In this document: positions 1 to 8,351 of the stretch, piece by piece | Layout of the letters: each line of letters starts with the position of its first letter | Numbering within the stretch: the stretch's first letter is position 1 | Assembly: GCA_964388435.1 (NCBI GenBank) | Contig: CAYMAH010000003.1 | Span: 1-47,589 of the forward strand | Source of the DNA: Candidatus Micrarchaeota archaeon | GTDB lineage: Archaea > Micrarchaeota > Micrarchaeia > Norongarragalinales > UBA8480 | Length of the DNA stretch: 47,589 nucleotides | Reading direction: 5' to 3' | Program-made: the position numbers and the translations under genes | The notes under the pieces: generated by a model | Told to the model about the DNA's origin: nothing | The model's database searches: none | What the model saw: the letters and a program-made list of their open reading frames with translations, nothing else

Positions 1-1152
1 AACGTTGGAAAGAGCACTTTTTTCCAAGCCTTGACTTCAATAGCCGTGGAAAGAGCTTCAAGGCCCTTTACCACCATAAAGCCGAACAGGGGAATGGGCT
101 ATGCTGAAATCGAGTGCGTGGACAAGGAGTTCAACGTTCAGTGCAACCCAAGGCACGGGTTTTGCATAAACAGCAGAAGGTTCGCTCCAGTGGAACTTCT
201 TGACGTTGCTGGTTTGGTGCCGGGAGCACATGAAGGAAAGGGATTGGGAAACAAGTTTCTTGATGATCTTAGACAGGCAGACGCGCTTATTCATGTCATT
301 GACCTGAGCGGTTCGACAAACGAAAATGGAGAGGTCGTGGAAAAGGGAAGCTACGACCCCGCAAACGACATCAGATTTTTAGAGGATGAAATAGCTTTTT
401 GGATTAAAGGCATCCTGGAAAACAACTGGCAAAAGCTTGCAAGAGAAAAGAAGAAGGCAGACGAGGTTTTGTACAATCAACTTACCGGGCTAGGCATAAG
501 CGGCGGTTCGATTCACAAAACGCTTTTGCAAACAGGATTGATTGAAAAAGAGATTGAGAACTGGAGCGAAGAGGATAAAATGACGTTTTCAAGAAAGATA
601 AGAGAAGAAAGCAAGCCGATAATAATAGCCGCGAACAAGTGCGACGTTTCAACAAGCGAGGAGAACTTCAAAAAATTAAAAGAAGAATTCCCGAATATGC
701 CTATAATCCCCACCTCAGCAGAAGCCGAAATCACGCTAAAAGAAGCCGGAAAGAAAAAACTTATAGACTACATTCAAGGAGACAGGGAATTCAAGGAAAA
801 CGAAGGGTTAAACGAACAACAAAAGAAAGCCCTGGAAATAATAAAGAAAATAATGGATAAATGGGATGGAAACGGAGTTCAAAAATGCCTGAACAAAACG
901 GTCTTCGATGTTCTCAAATACATAGCTGTATTCCCGGCAGGCGTTAACAAGCTTTCTGACAAGGATGGAAACGTTCTTCCCGACGTTTTCCTGATGAAGC
1001 CAGGAAGCACGGCGTTGGACTTCGCGGCTACCATTCACTCTACAATGGCTGAAAAATTCATAAAAGCCATTGACGTTAGAACAAAAAAGGCGTTGGGCGG
1101 GGATCATGTCTTGAAACACAGGGACTGCATCGAGATTTTCTTCAAACACTGA
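1..1152 (+). CDS. ychF: YchF/OLA1-type P-loop GTPase/ATPase with C-terminal beta-grasp (TGS-like) domain; 5' end cut by window edge
   Basis: Frame 1 is open from nt 1 ([11 protein letters not shown] is the end of Walker A GxxNVGKST), so the ORF-track start at 31 is artificial. [12 protein letters not shown] (G3) and AANKCD (NKxD) are present. C-terminal [16 protein letters not shown]...HRDCIEIFF. Confidence 0.8.
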   Translation, partial: NVGKSTFFQALTSIAVERASRPFTTIKPNRGMGYAEIECVDKEFNVQCNPRHGFCINSRRFAPVELLDVAGLVPGAHEGKGLGNKFLDDLRQADALIHVIDLSGSTNENGEVVEKGSYDPANDIRFLEDEIAFWIKGILENNWQKLAREKKKADEVLYNQLTGLGISGGSIHKTLLQTGLIEKEIENWSEEDKMTFSRKIREESKPIIIAANKCDVSTSEENFKKLKEEFPNMPIIPTSAEAEITLKEAGKKKLIDYIQGDREFKENEGLNEQQKKALEIIKKIMDKWDGNGVQKCLNKTVFDVLKYIAVFPAGVNKLSDKDGNVLPDVFLMKPGSTALDFAATIHSTMAEKFIKAIDVRTKKALGGDHVLKHRDCIEIFFKH

Positions 1153-1197
1153 AAGCAACAAAAGCCAGCGAAAAACTTAAAATTAACAATGTAAAAA

Positions 1198-1788
1198 ATG
1201 GAAATCATGAGAATAAATAAGGTAGACGAGGTTACAAGGAAAACCCTTCAGAACGCTATAGAAATAGGAAAGGCAGGAAGCTTGTTTATAATAGGAAAAC
1301 CAGAGAAAAAATACTGGAAGACAAGCTACAAAAAAATCAAAAAACTAAACATACTAAACGGCGATGATAATCAGGTTATAAAAAAACTTGCTGAAATAGA
1401 CGGCGCTGTGATAATAGACGAAAAAGGATATATGATAGCTTACGGAGTAACAATCAAAACAACCAAGCATGTTTTGGGGCACGGGAAAAGGCACGCAAGC
1501 GCTGCGGGGATAAGCACGCACAAAACAATCGCGATACTATCATCAGAAGAAGATGGTTACGTAAGAGCTTACAAAAATGGAAGCTGCATTGAAGAGATAA
1601 ACGCTAAAACCAAACTGCCGACAACAACCATTCAAAAACTAGCAAACTTCATAAACCATCCCGACGTTGCGGCTTTAACGGCGGGGGGAGTGGCGCTGTC
1701 AATAGTAGCCGCCCCTCTTACAGTTCCTTTTCTTGTTTTCACAGGCACTTACTTTCTAGTCAACAAATCAATCAACGCGATGAAATGA
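1198..1788 (+). CDS. DAC (DisA_N) domain protein, diadenylate cyclase-like, with C-terminal membrane anchor
   Basis: The motif order of the DAC fold is present: IDGAVIIDEKG (DGA), GHGKRHASAAGIS (RHR-like, here RHA), LSSEEDGYV (SEETG-like). C-terminal hydrophobic stretch VAALTAGGVALSIVAAPLTVPFLVFTGTYFLV. Confidence 0.55.
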   Translation: MEIMRINKVDEVTRKTLQNAIEIGKAGSLFIIGKPEKKYWKTSYKKIKKLNILNGDDNQVIKKLAEIDGAVIIDEKGYMIAYGVTIKTTKHVLGHGKRHASAAGISTHKTIAILSSEEDGYVRAYKNGSCIEEINAKTKLPTTTIQKLANFINHPDVAALTAGGVALSIVAAPLTVPFLVFTGTYFLVNKSINAMK

Positions 1789-1873
1789 AAAATCAATTTC
1801 TATTCACTTAATTATGAAATAATCCAAAAGGTTACTGTCAAAACCACTCTCAAGCGTTTAAAACCAAAAGGCT

Positions 1874-2935
1874 TCAAGAAAGAAAAGACTGGTTTTTGTC
1901 ATATTTCTTATAATTCCACCAAAACATGGCCGCAAGCCAAGAAAAAATAAAAACAGCTACTATCACATAGCCAACGCTCTCAAAATCAAGATTATTTATA
2001 AAAGCGAAAAAAGAGCTGGTTAAATTCAACTCGGTTGACAAAACCTGAATCAATTCAATTCCACCTATTACAAAAGCAACCAGTATGGATATTACCGTGA
2101 CAGTTAAATTATAGAATACTTTTCTTATAGGATTAAGGAAAGCCCACCCATAAGCAAAGCGCATTACAACCCCATCACTAGTGTCAACCAGCACCATCCC
2201 ACAAGTAAACATGAAAGGAAGCACCAGAATCATCCATAATGGAGCTGAACTTGAAACTCCAACGCCAACGCTTATAGCAATCAACGCAACTTCAGTAGCA
2301 GTGTCAAAGCCAAGACCGAAAAGAAGCCCAATCGGATAAATCTGCCACGACTCTTCAACCAACTTAAAAAGGCTATTGAAAAAACGGTTCATGAAACCCC
2401 GTTTGTTCAACATTTTTTCAAGCTCTTCCTCATTCACTTTTTCAGCCTTTGCTTTTTTAAAAACATGGTAAATGTCAAAAACTATCAAAGTGTTCACCAA
2501 GCCTATTATTATAAGAAAAACCCCTGAAACAACTGTGCCCGCCAATGCGCCTACGCTTTGAAGCGCGGGTATTACCCCTACCACAATTTTAGTTAGATAA
2601 ATAAGAGCAATGATGAGCGCAACAACTACCGTAGAATGACCAAGCGAAAACCAAGTTCCAACAGTAAGAGGCTTTTTGCCATCGTGAATCAATTTTCTAG
2701 TGGTGTTATCTATAGCAGCTATGTGGTCAGCGTCAAAACCATGTCGCAAACCCAAAACAAAACAAACAACGCCAAGACTCGCCAGAACTGGATTTAAATT
2801 TCCAACTACAACAGAACCCATAAACCCAAGCAAAGTCAAAGATATCAGAACAAGATAGATAGCAAGAATTTTAGCCTTCTCCAAATTACTTAGGCTTAAA
2901 CTCACTCCAACATTTTCAATTGACGAAGAGCCCAT
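1874..2935 (-). CDS. NiCoT family nickel/cobalt transporter (HoxN/NixA-like)
   Basis: GLRHGFDADHIAAIDNTTR (HX4DH signature), LGHSTVV and GLGFDTATEV motifs, about 8 hydrophobic helices. Confidence 0.8.
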   Translation of the reverse strand: MGSSSIENVGVSLSLSNLEKAKILAIYLVLISLTLLGFMGSVVVGNLNPVLASLGVVCFVLGLRHGFDADHIAAIDNTTRKLIHDGKKPLTVGTWFSLGHSTVVVALIIALIYLTKIVVGVIPALQSVGALAGTVVSGVFLIIIGLVNTLIVFDIYHVFKKAKAEKVNEEELEKMLNKRGFMNRFFNSLFKLVEESWQIYPIGLLFGLGFDTATEVALIAISVGVGVSSSAPLWMILVLPFMFTCGMVLVDTSDGVVMRFAYGWAFLNPIRKVFYNLTVTVISILVAFVIGGIELIQVLSTELNLTSSFFAFINNLDFESVGYVIVAVFIFSWLAAMFWWNYKKYDKNQSFLS

Positions 2936-2961
2936 AATAAAAACTTTTGGTTAAAAAAAAA

Positions 2962-3034
<73 letters not shown>

Positions 3035-3045
3035 ATTGAAAAAAA

Positions 3046-3157
3046 TCCCGCTGGCCTGACTTTCAAAATTTTTTTTTTGAACAGGCAACCCTCTGGTATC
3101 CGCATCTTTGCAAGTGTCAAACTACAGCCAGATGCTCTGCCGTTGAGCTACAGCGGG
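3046..3157 (-). tRNA. tRNA-Tyr (GTA) with two introns: canonical 37/38 (24 nt, plus coords 3098-3121) and T-loop 59/60 (16 nt, plus coords 3060-3075)
   Basis: Reverse complement: CCCGCTG TA GCTC AACGGCA GAGC A TCTGG CTGTAG[TTTGACACTTGCAAAGATGCGGAT]A CCAGA GGGTT GCCTG TTCAAA[AAAAAAATTTTGAAAG]T CAGGC CAGCGGG A. All four stems pair, and the mature length is 72 nt including the discriminator. Confidence 0.8.
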
Positions 3158-3203
3158 ACTTTCAACGAAAATATTTATAAACGCCAATGCTTTTAACTTT
3201 TAC

Positions 3204-4685
3204 GTGAAAAAAAACCTGTTTTTAATGTTATTGCTTATAGTTGGAGTAACAACTGCTTTTGACTTCAACGCGACAAATGTTTACCTTAAAAGCGGGGAAA
3301 CTTCAAGCTTTGTTAACTTCACTTACAACAACCAGAATTTTTACATGATGAAAATCAACGGGCAGGAATCAATAATATTCCAATCCAATAACACTCCGGT
3401 GACTGATCAAAACTCGATAAACCAGCTTTTAAGCGCTTACTTTTCAAGCCAATTCTCCCAGCTTCCTTTTAATAATATTGAAAGCAAAATCAACGCGAGC
3501 TTTAACAACGTCAGCTTTTACTACGGGGGTTGTCTGCAAAGTTTGGGATATTTTGTAGATAATTCAATGAATAATTATATTGAAACGGTTATAAGCCCGG
3601 CTCAAGGTTTAAATTGCAGGTCACAATGGCTTGCTTATCAGGATATGATAAATATAACTTCAAATCAAATTCAAACTCTTTTCAATTTAAACCAAAGCAT
3701 CCAGCAATTCTATAATTATACTCAACAAACTAACCTCAATAATATTTTAAATGCATTAAATTCCATAAATACCTTATCTCAACAACTAGATTCGGCTTAT
3801 TCACAAATTACTAACGATTTTACTACTTTTACATATTTTTGCCAAAGTAATACAACAAATAATGTAGTGGTTCAAATGCTTTTAACTCCCGCTCAAATCA
3901 ACAATAACGTTAGTTGTTTTTATCAGAGTTTTATCGATCAGGATTTGAAAAACATTGCAAGTCTAGCGCAACAGGGAAATAATTACAATATTCAAAGCAT
4001 GGAAAACCAGATTTACGCTCAAACAAGTCAAAGAATAAATTCCGCGCAAATAGAAATTCAAAAAAGCAATAGTTTAAACGAAATGCAGAGTGCTGAGGCA
4101 ACCTATCAAAAAGTTAAAAATTTCTACGCTGGAACTAGCGTTTCAACCTCTTTTCTTTCAGACTTGCAATTGCAAGCTCAAAACTCTCTCAACTCATCGA
4201 ATTTTTCAAGCGGAATTATTGACAATTTCAGCAAATCTGTCCAACAGCTTTACGGAGTGTCAAGCCAGTTCAATGTTACCACTTACTCTCTTTCAAACAC
4301 TTTAAACGCGATAAATACCGCCATTGAAAGGGTTGGAAGAAGCGACCCTAGAATACAGCAGGCGCAAGCCAATTATACAAGCCTAAACAGCCAGTTTAAG
4401 GCTTACGCGCAGCAACTGTCGAACGGAGGGGTTGTGACTGGAAGCCAGCTTCAAACCCTTCAAGCGCAGTCCGACTCCCTTTCAAACTACGTCTCTTCCC
4501 TTCAACCTCCTGAAAACCAGTTCGGGTGGCTTCAGATAATAGCAGTCATCATAATAATAATCGTAATAATAGTCGTTCTGTTCTACTTCAGAAGGTTCAA
4601 GAAAACCCCTCCTAAAATAACCGATTTGAAGACTGGCTACTCTCTAAACTCCAACAACTCCGGGCAAACCCAGTTGAAAAAATAA
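3204..4685 (+). CDS. Asn/Gln/Ser-rich anchored surface glycoprotein (paralog of 16768-18006)
   Basis: GTG start. N-terminal hydrophobic signal (LFLMLLLIVGVTTA), about 15 N-x-S/T sequons, C-terminal TM IIAVIIIIIVIIVVLFYF followed by RRFKK. Confidence 0.65.
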   Translation: MKKNLFLMLLLIVGVTTAFDFNATNVYLKSGETSSFVNFTYNNQNFYMMKINGQESIIFQSNNTPVTDQNSINQLLSAYFSSQFSQLPFNNIESKINASFNNVSFYYGGCLQSLGYFVDNSMNNYIETVISPAQGLNCRSQWLAYQDMINITSNQIQTLFNLNQSIQQFYNYTQQTNLNNILNALNSINTLSQQLDSAYSQITNDFTTFTYFCQSNTTNNVVVQMLLTPAQINNNVSCFYQSFIDQDLKNIASLAQQGNNYNIQSMENQIYAQTSQRINSAQIEIQKSNSLNEMQSAEATYQKVKNFYAGTSVSTSFLSDLQLQAQNSLNSSNFSSGIIDNFSKSVQQLYGVSSQFNVTTYSLSNTLNAINTAIERVGRSDPRIQQAQANYTSLNSQFKAYAQQLSNGGVVTGSQLQTLQAQSDSLSNYVSSLQPPENQFGWLQIIAVIIIIIVIIVVLFYFRRFKKTPPKITDLKTGYSLNSNNSGQTQLKK

Positions 4686-4708
4686 AAAAACCTTCTTAAA
4701 AAAAAGGC

Positions 4709-4960
4709 TTATTTTATGTACGCAACATAGATGTCGGCTTCTATAATACTCCCGTTCTGCGAGACGTAGTGGTGAACGAAATAAATATTCCCTTTAGAGT
4801 CCAGTGCAGGCTCGCCAGCAAAGTTCGATATTATTTCAGAGGGAACCCCCGCGCCATTCCATACAGAGCGGAAAGTAGCGGGGCCCGGATAACCCATGAC
4901 AATGTAGCCCGTGAACCACAACTCTTTGCCATCAGGAGTGATGAAAGAAAAGTCAAAGAA
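4709..4960 (-). pseudogene. Possible C-terminal remnant of a beta-propeller-like protein abutting the 3' end of tRNA-Pro
   Basis: The frame reads ..FITPDGKELWFTGY..DSKGNIYFVHH..SIIEADIYVAYIK. The only upstream start is a TTG at 4921. The open frame runs straight into the tRNA, so no credible N-terminus exists. Confidence 0.25.
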
Positions 4961-4967
4961 ATAAAAT

Positions 4968-5040
4968 GGGGGGACCGAGATTTGAACTCGGGTCTTCAGC
5001 TCCCAAAGCTGAAAGCATACCAGGCTAGCCCATCCCCCCC
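4968..5040 (-). tRNA. tRNA-Pro (TGG), intronless
   Basis: Reverse complement: GGGGGGA TG GGCT AGCCTGGTA TGCT T TCAGC TTTGGGA GCTGA AGAC CCGAG TTCAAAT CTCGG TCCCCCC A. Anticodon TGG with G37. Confidence 0.88.
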
Positions 5041-5104
5041 TAAAAATATATAACTATTTACATATACAAATACTTAAATAGCAGTATGATTAAATATTAT
5101 AAAC

Positions 5105-5344
5105 ATGAACAAAACACTAACCGTGAATGTAAACACCGAAGTTGAAAGGCAATTTAGACAAATAGCCAAGAGCAGGTATCGTGGAGCCAAGGGCTTTCTT
5201 GGAAAAGCTTTAACCGAGTCTATGAAATACTGGACGAGCATGCAAGAAAACAGCGACATAGATGCAAAAGCAATACTTGAACTTGAAAAGGGGTTTAGGT
5301 TAGGCAAATTCAACATAAACAGAGACGAATTACATGAGAGATAA
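5105..5344 (+). CDS. vapB: VapB-like antitoxin (ribbon-helix-helix)
   Basis: 79 aa with an RHH-like N-terminus (TLTVNVNTEVERQFRQIAK). Overlaps the downstream PIN gene by 11 nt. Confidence 0.6.
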   Translation: MNKTLTVNVNTEVERQFRQIAKSRYRGAKGFLGKALTESMKYWTSMQENSDIDAKAILELEKGFRLGKFNINRDELHER

Positions 5345-5780
5345 AATTTTATTCGACACGAACATTCTGGTATACGCGTATGATTTGGATGAGATGGAGA
5401 AAAGAAAAGTATGCAGTAAATTAGTCGAAGATGTTTTTAAAGGCAATTATGATGGAGTCGTTACAAATCAGATACTTTCAGAGTTTTTCAATGCAATGAC
5501 CAGAAAAATAGAAAACCCGCTTTCTAAGGAAGAAGCGATTCAGATAGTAAAAAAATATATAATATCCGCCAAATGGATTAAAATTAATTATAATACAGAC
5601 ACCGTACTTAAAGCAAGCGTTTCGTCATCCTATTTTAAAACCTCATTCTGGGACACGCTAATCGCCGAAACAATGAAAGAAAATAACATTTCCAGGATTT
5701 TTACAGAGAACAAAAAGCACTTTTCAAAAATTCCACGCATAAACGTCATAAATCCAATAAGTGAAAATATCAAGATTTAA
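5334..5780 (+). CDS. vapC: VapC-like PIN-domain toxin
   Basis: ILFDTNILVYAYD (first catalytic Asp), SEFFNAMT, FWDTLIAETM and TEN motifs in PIN order; 148 aa. Confidence 0.8.
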   Translation: MRDKILFDTNILVYAYDLDEMEKRKVCSKLVEDVFKGNYDGVVTNQILSEFFNAMTRKIENPLSKEEAIQIVKKYIISAKWIKINYNTDTVLKASVSSSYFKTSFWDTLIAETMKENNISRIFTENKKHFSKIPRINVINPISENIKI

Positions 5781-5797
5781 TAATAAAAACACAAATT

Positions 5798-6541
5798 CTA
5801 CTTTTTAGACATCCTGCCGCGGGGCTTTGCAACCTTCAACTGAGGGTAGACCATTGAAACTTCCTCCCTTGTTATGAAAGGGGAAAACCCTGCTTTGTTG
5901 AGAAGGTAATAAAAAGCATACTCCTTCAAGGTTGAAGGCTCTTCTGAAAATTTTTTGAAGTCGAGTTTTCCAAGCTGGGTTAATGCTTTCGATATGTTAG
6001 AAAAGCCAGTTCTTTTCGACTCAATTCCTTGAATTTCATTTTGAAATTCTAGCCACTTGCTTGTTGACAGCTGCGCTGTTTTTGCCTGAAGAGTTTCCAT
6101 GCTACCGCTCAGCGTAAACAAAACATCTTCTTTTGGAGAGTCAACCCTAACTTTTTTTACCACGGTCAAATTCTCCTGCCTTATGAAAAACGTGAAATCT
6201 TTTGTTTTTGACTCTGAAACTTTAAAATCTTGAGGAAAATCATTGGTGAAAAAACGATTCACCACGACTGAAAACGCCATTTTCTCCAAACCAAGCTTAA
6301 GCGTCTCGCCAAAACCTGAAAAATCAACTTCAGACAGTTTCTTGAAATCTCCGAAACTCAGTTCAGAAAGCTCCTTCAAACCGCCGGTTACATTCGGATT
6401 GAAAGAAAAAGGAAGAAAAGAAAACATTTCAACGCCTATCAAGTGCTTGAAATTATTAAGCTGTTTAAACAGCTCAGCCGAATCAGGATTTTCGCTTTTA
6501 AATTCAAACTGATGAGAGAAATGCGAGTTAAGCCAAATCAT
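5798..6541 (-). CDS. Hypothetical protein, last gene of the exosome superoperon string
   Basis: 247-aa ORF starting 11 nt downstream of rpl37ae. I recognise no motif. Basic tail KPRGRMSKK. Confidence 0.5.
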   Translation of the reverse strand: MIWLNSHFSHQFEFKSENPDSAELFKQLNNFKHLIGVEMFSFLPFSFNPNVTGGLKELSELSFGDFKKLSEVDFSGFGETLKLGLEKMAFSVVVNRFFTNDFPQDFKVSESKTKDFTFFIRQENLTVVKKVRVDSPKEDVLFTLSGSMETLQAKTAQLSTSKWLEFQNEIQGIESKRTGFSNISKALTQLGKLDFKKFSEEPSTLKEYAFYYLLNKAGFSPFITREEVSMVYPQLKVAKPRGRMSKK

Positions 6542-6551
6542 CTTTTACAAT

Positions 6552-6773
6552 TCAACCTTGTTCAAGAAATTTTCTAGAGGCCCGCCCAACATCAGTTGAC
6601 AATTCATATGCCCCTCCTGCGAAAACAGCGCCGCAGCTTTTACACTCCCAAACCGCAAACCCCTTCCTTCTGACTCTCTGCTTGCCACATACGGGGCATT
6701 CGTAAGAGCTTCGCTGCCTTTCAAGCACCTTGCTTTCAAGCTTTCTTATTCTCACTCCATAGCGCGATCCCAT
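6552..6773 (-). CDS. rpl37ae: Ribosomal protein L37Ae (eL43)
   Basis: GSRYGVRIRK...YECPVCGK...WECKSCGAVFAGGAY zinc ribbon, 73 aa. Confidence 0.92.
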   Translation of the reverse strand: MGSRYGVRIRKLESKVLERQRSSYECPVCGKQRVRRKGFAVWECKSCGAVFAGGAYELSTDVGRASRKFLEQG

Positions 6774-6838
6774 TTATTTAACACCTTTTTTATAAATTAA
6801 GCTTTAAAAAAATTTAAAACACTTTTGCGTTCAAAAAT

Positions 6839-7627
6839 TTAATCTTTTTTAATATATTTCACCAATTCTTCATGCTTCTGCATCGCAATGTCCACGCAAT
6901 CCAAAACTTCCTTTTTTGAAAAGCTTACCGACCCGCTCTTCTGAGTGGAGCAGACAAAACCCCCATCGGCGATGCCGATAGTCAAACTGCCGCTGCCCGC
7001 GTTCTCCTCCTCAACATCGCAGTCCAAAAGAATCTTCCCGTTTATTTTGCAGAAAGTTGAAGTGGTTACTCTGTTCTTGATTTCCATTTTTTTAGTTCTC
7101 TTCTCCCGGTCAAACTCCTTTGACTCTGATTTATATTCGGGAATTAAAAGATTGGATAAAGCGTTCATAACCGCAAGAGTTGCCGTGTCGGTAAGATTGC
7201 CGTCATTGTCCAAAACATAAAAGTCAACGAAAACACCTAAAACTTTCTCATCAAATTTCAAACCCTGCATTTCAAGAACGTTAGCCGCCCTGATGCCTCT
7301 GTCAACCACTCTGGCAAGCTCGATACTTTCAGGGGTGGGAGGTCCGGCTGAATATGAATAATAGGCTAAGGGCATTAATTCCGAGTTTACCATCAAAACA
7401 CCCTCATCAGGTCTGTCTGAAAAAGGCTCCATCAAATCAATTTTAATCCCCACAATAACCTTTGAATTTCCAATGCTTGCTATACAGCTTCCCTCAGCGT
7501 TTTTAAGGACATTGTTTTCGATTTTAACCTCTCTATAATTGTTGAAGTCCCTTCCTTCTTTTCTCTTGCCTTCTTTCAACAGCGTTTTAACATATTCTGC
7601 TTTTATTTCATCCATTATCATTTTCAT
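6839..7627 (-). CDS. rrp42: Exosome complex subunit Rrp42 (RNase PH-like)
   Basis: GKRKEGRDFNNYREVKIENNVLKNAEGSCIASIGNSKVIVGIK; sits downstream of rrp41. Confidence 0.88.
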   Translation of the reverse strand: MKMIMDEIKAEYVKTLLKEGKRKEGRDFNNYREVKIENNVLKNAEGSCIASIGNSKVIVGIKIDLMEPFSDRPDEGVLMVNSELMPLAYYSYSAGPPTPESIELARVVDRGIRAANVLEMQGLKFDEKVLGVFVDFYVLDNDGNLTDTATLAVMNALSNLLIPEYKSESKEFDREKRTKKMEIKNRVTTSTFCKINGKILLDCDVEEENAGSGSLTIGIADGGFVCSTQKSGSVSFSKKEVLDCVDIAMQKHEELVKYIKKD

Positions 7628-7634
7628 TTTCCAA

Positions 7635-8351
7635 TCACTCCATTTTCTTTTTTACCGCTTCAATCTCAAGAGCGTTAATCTTCTTTGACGCTTCAAAGCA
7701 CAAATCAATGCTTCTTTCAAACTCCTGCCTTGTAAGAAGCCCATCCATCTGAAGAAGTAGAATCTCAGAGTTGGAAGAGTTGAACATTACTGGAACGTCA
7801 CTCTCTCCGTAATTATCCTCAAGCTTGTTCAAATCAACTGCAAGCTGCCCGTCAACCTTGCCGACGCTTACCCCGCCTGCAAATCCTTTCACAGGAATTC
7901 CAGCGTCCACAAGAGCCACGCTTGCAGCAGTGAAAGCCGCCACTCTTGTTCCACCGTCGCTTTGCAAAACCTCAACATCTATGTCAATGGCAGTGTTAGG
8001 AAACTGCTCTGTTAAAATAAGATTTTCAAACACGTGCTTTCCCATTTTGCTTATTTCAATGCTTCGCCTGTTGGGCCCTCCCCTGCTGTGCTCTTCAAGT
8101 GAAGAGAAACTGCACATCACATATCTAAAATTAACAATGGCCTTGAAGGGGTCGCTGAAATGCTTTGGGAAAACCTCTCTGGGCCCGTAAACACCCGCTA
8201 TAACCTTGTTGCTTCCCCATTCCACCATGGCAGACCCACTGGCGTTCTTGAGAACGCCACTTTCTATTTTAACGCTTCTTAAATCGCCAAGAGCTCTACC
8301 ATCGGTTCTTTTCCCATTTACTATCAATTCTGGTTTATTTGCTTTGTTCAT
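7635..8351 (-). CDS. rrp41: Exosome complex exonuclease Rrp41 (RNase PH-like)
   Basis: GKRTDGRALGDLRSVKIESGVLKNASGSAMVEWGSNKVIAGVYGPRE; ...LQSDGGTRVAAFTAASVAL. Confidence 0.9.
   Translation of the reverse strand: MNKANKPELIVNGKRTDGRALGDLRSVKIESGVLKNASGSAMVEWGSNKVIAGVYGPREVFPKHFSDPFKAIVNFRYVMCSFSSLEEHSRGGPNRRSIEISKMGKHVFENLILTEQFPNTAIDIDVEVLQSDGGTRVAAFTAASVALVDAGIPVKGFAGGVSVGKVDGQLAVDLNKLEDNYGESDVPVMFNSSNSEILLLQMDGLLTRQEFERSIDLCFEASKKINALEIEAVKKKME

Noticed and set aside
4939-4945. Perfect C-box heptamer GTGATGA between the gene remnant and tRNA-Pro (possible C/D-box sRNA)
   Set aside because: The nearest CTGA is ~65 nt downstream, inside the antisense of tRNA-Pro. There are no C'/D' boxes and no terminal stem.
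4968-5042. Reading frame of the remnant ORF stays open through the whole tRNA-Pro gene
   Set aside because: Coincidental: the frame is closed by TAG immediately upstream of the tRNA (5040-5042), and the sequence folds as a canonical tRNA.
5935-5965. TTCTGAAAATTTTTTGAAG, another T-loop-intron-like A/T palindrome
   Set aside because: It lies within CDS 5798-6541 (DFKKFSEEP). The flanks do not pair as a T-stem, and no acceptor or anticodon arms are nearby.
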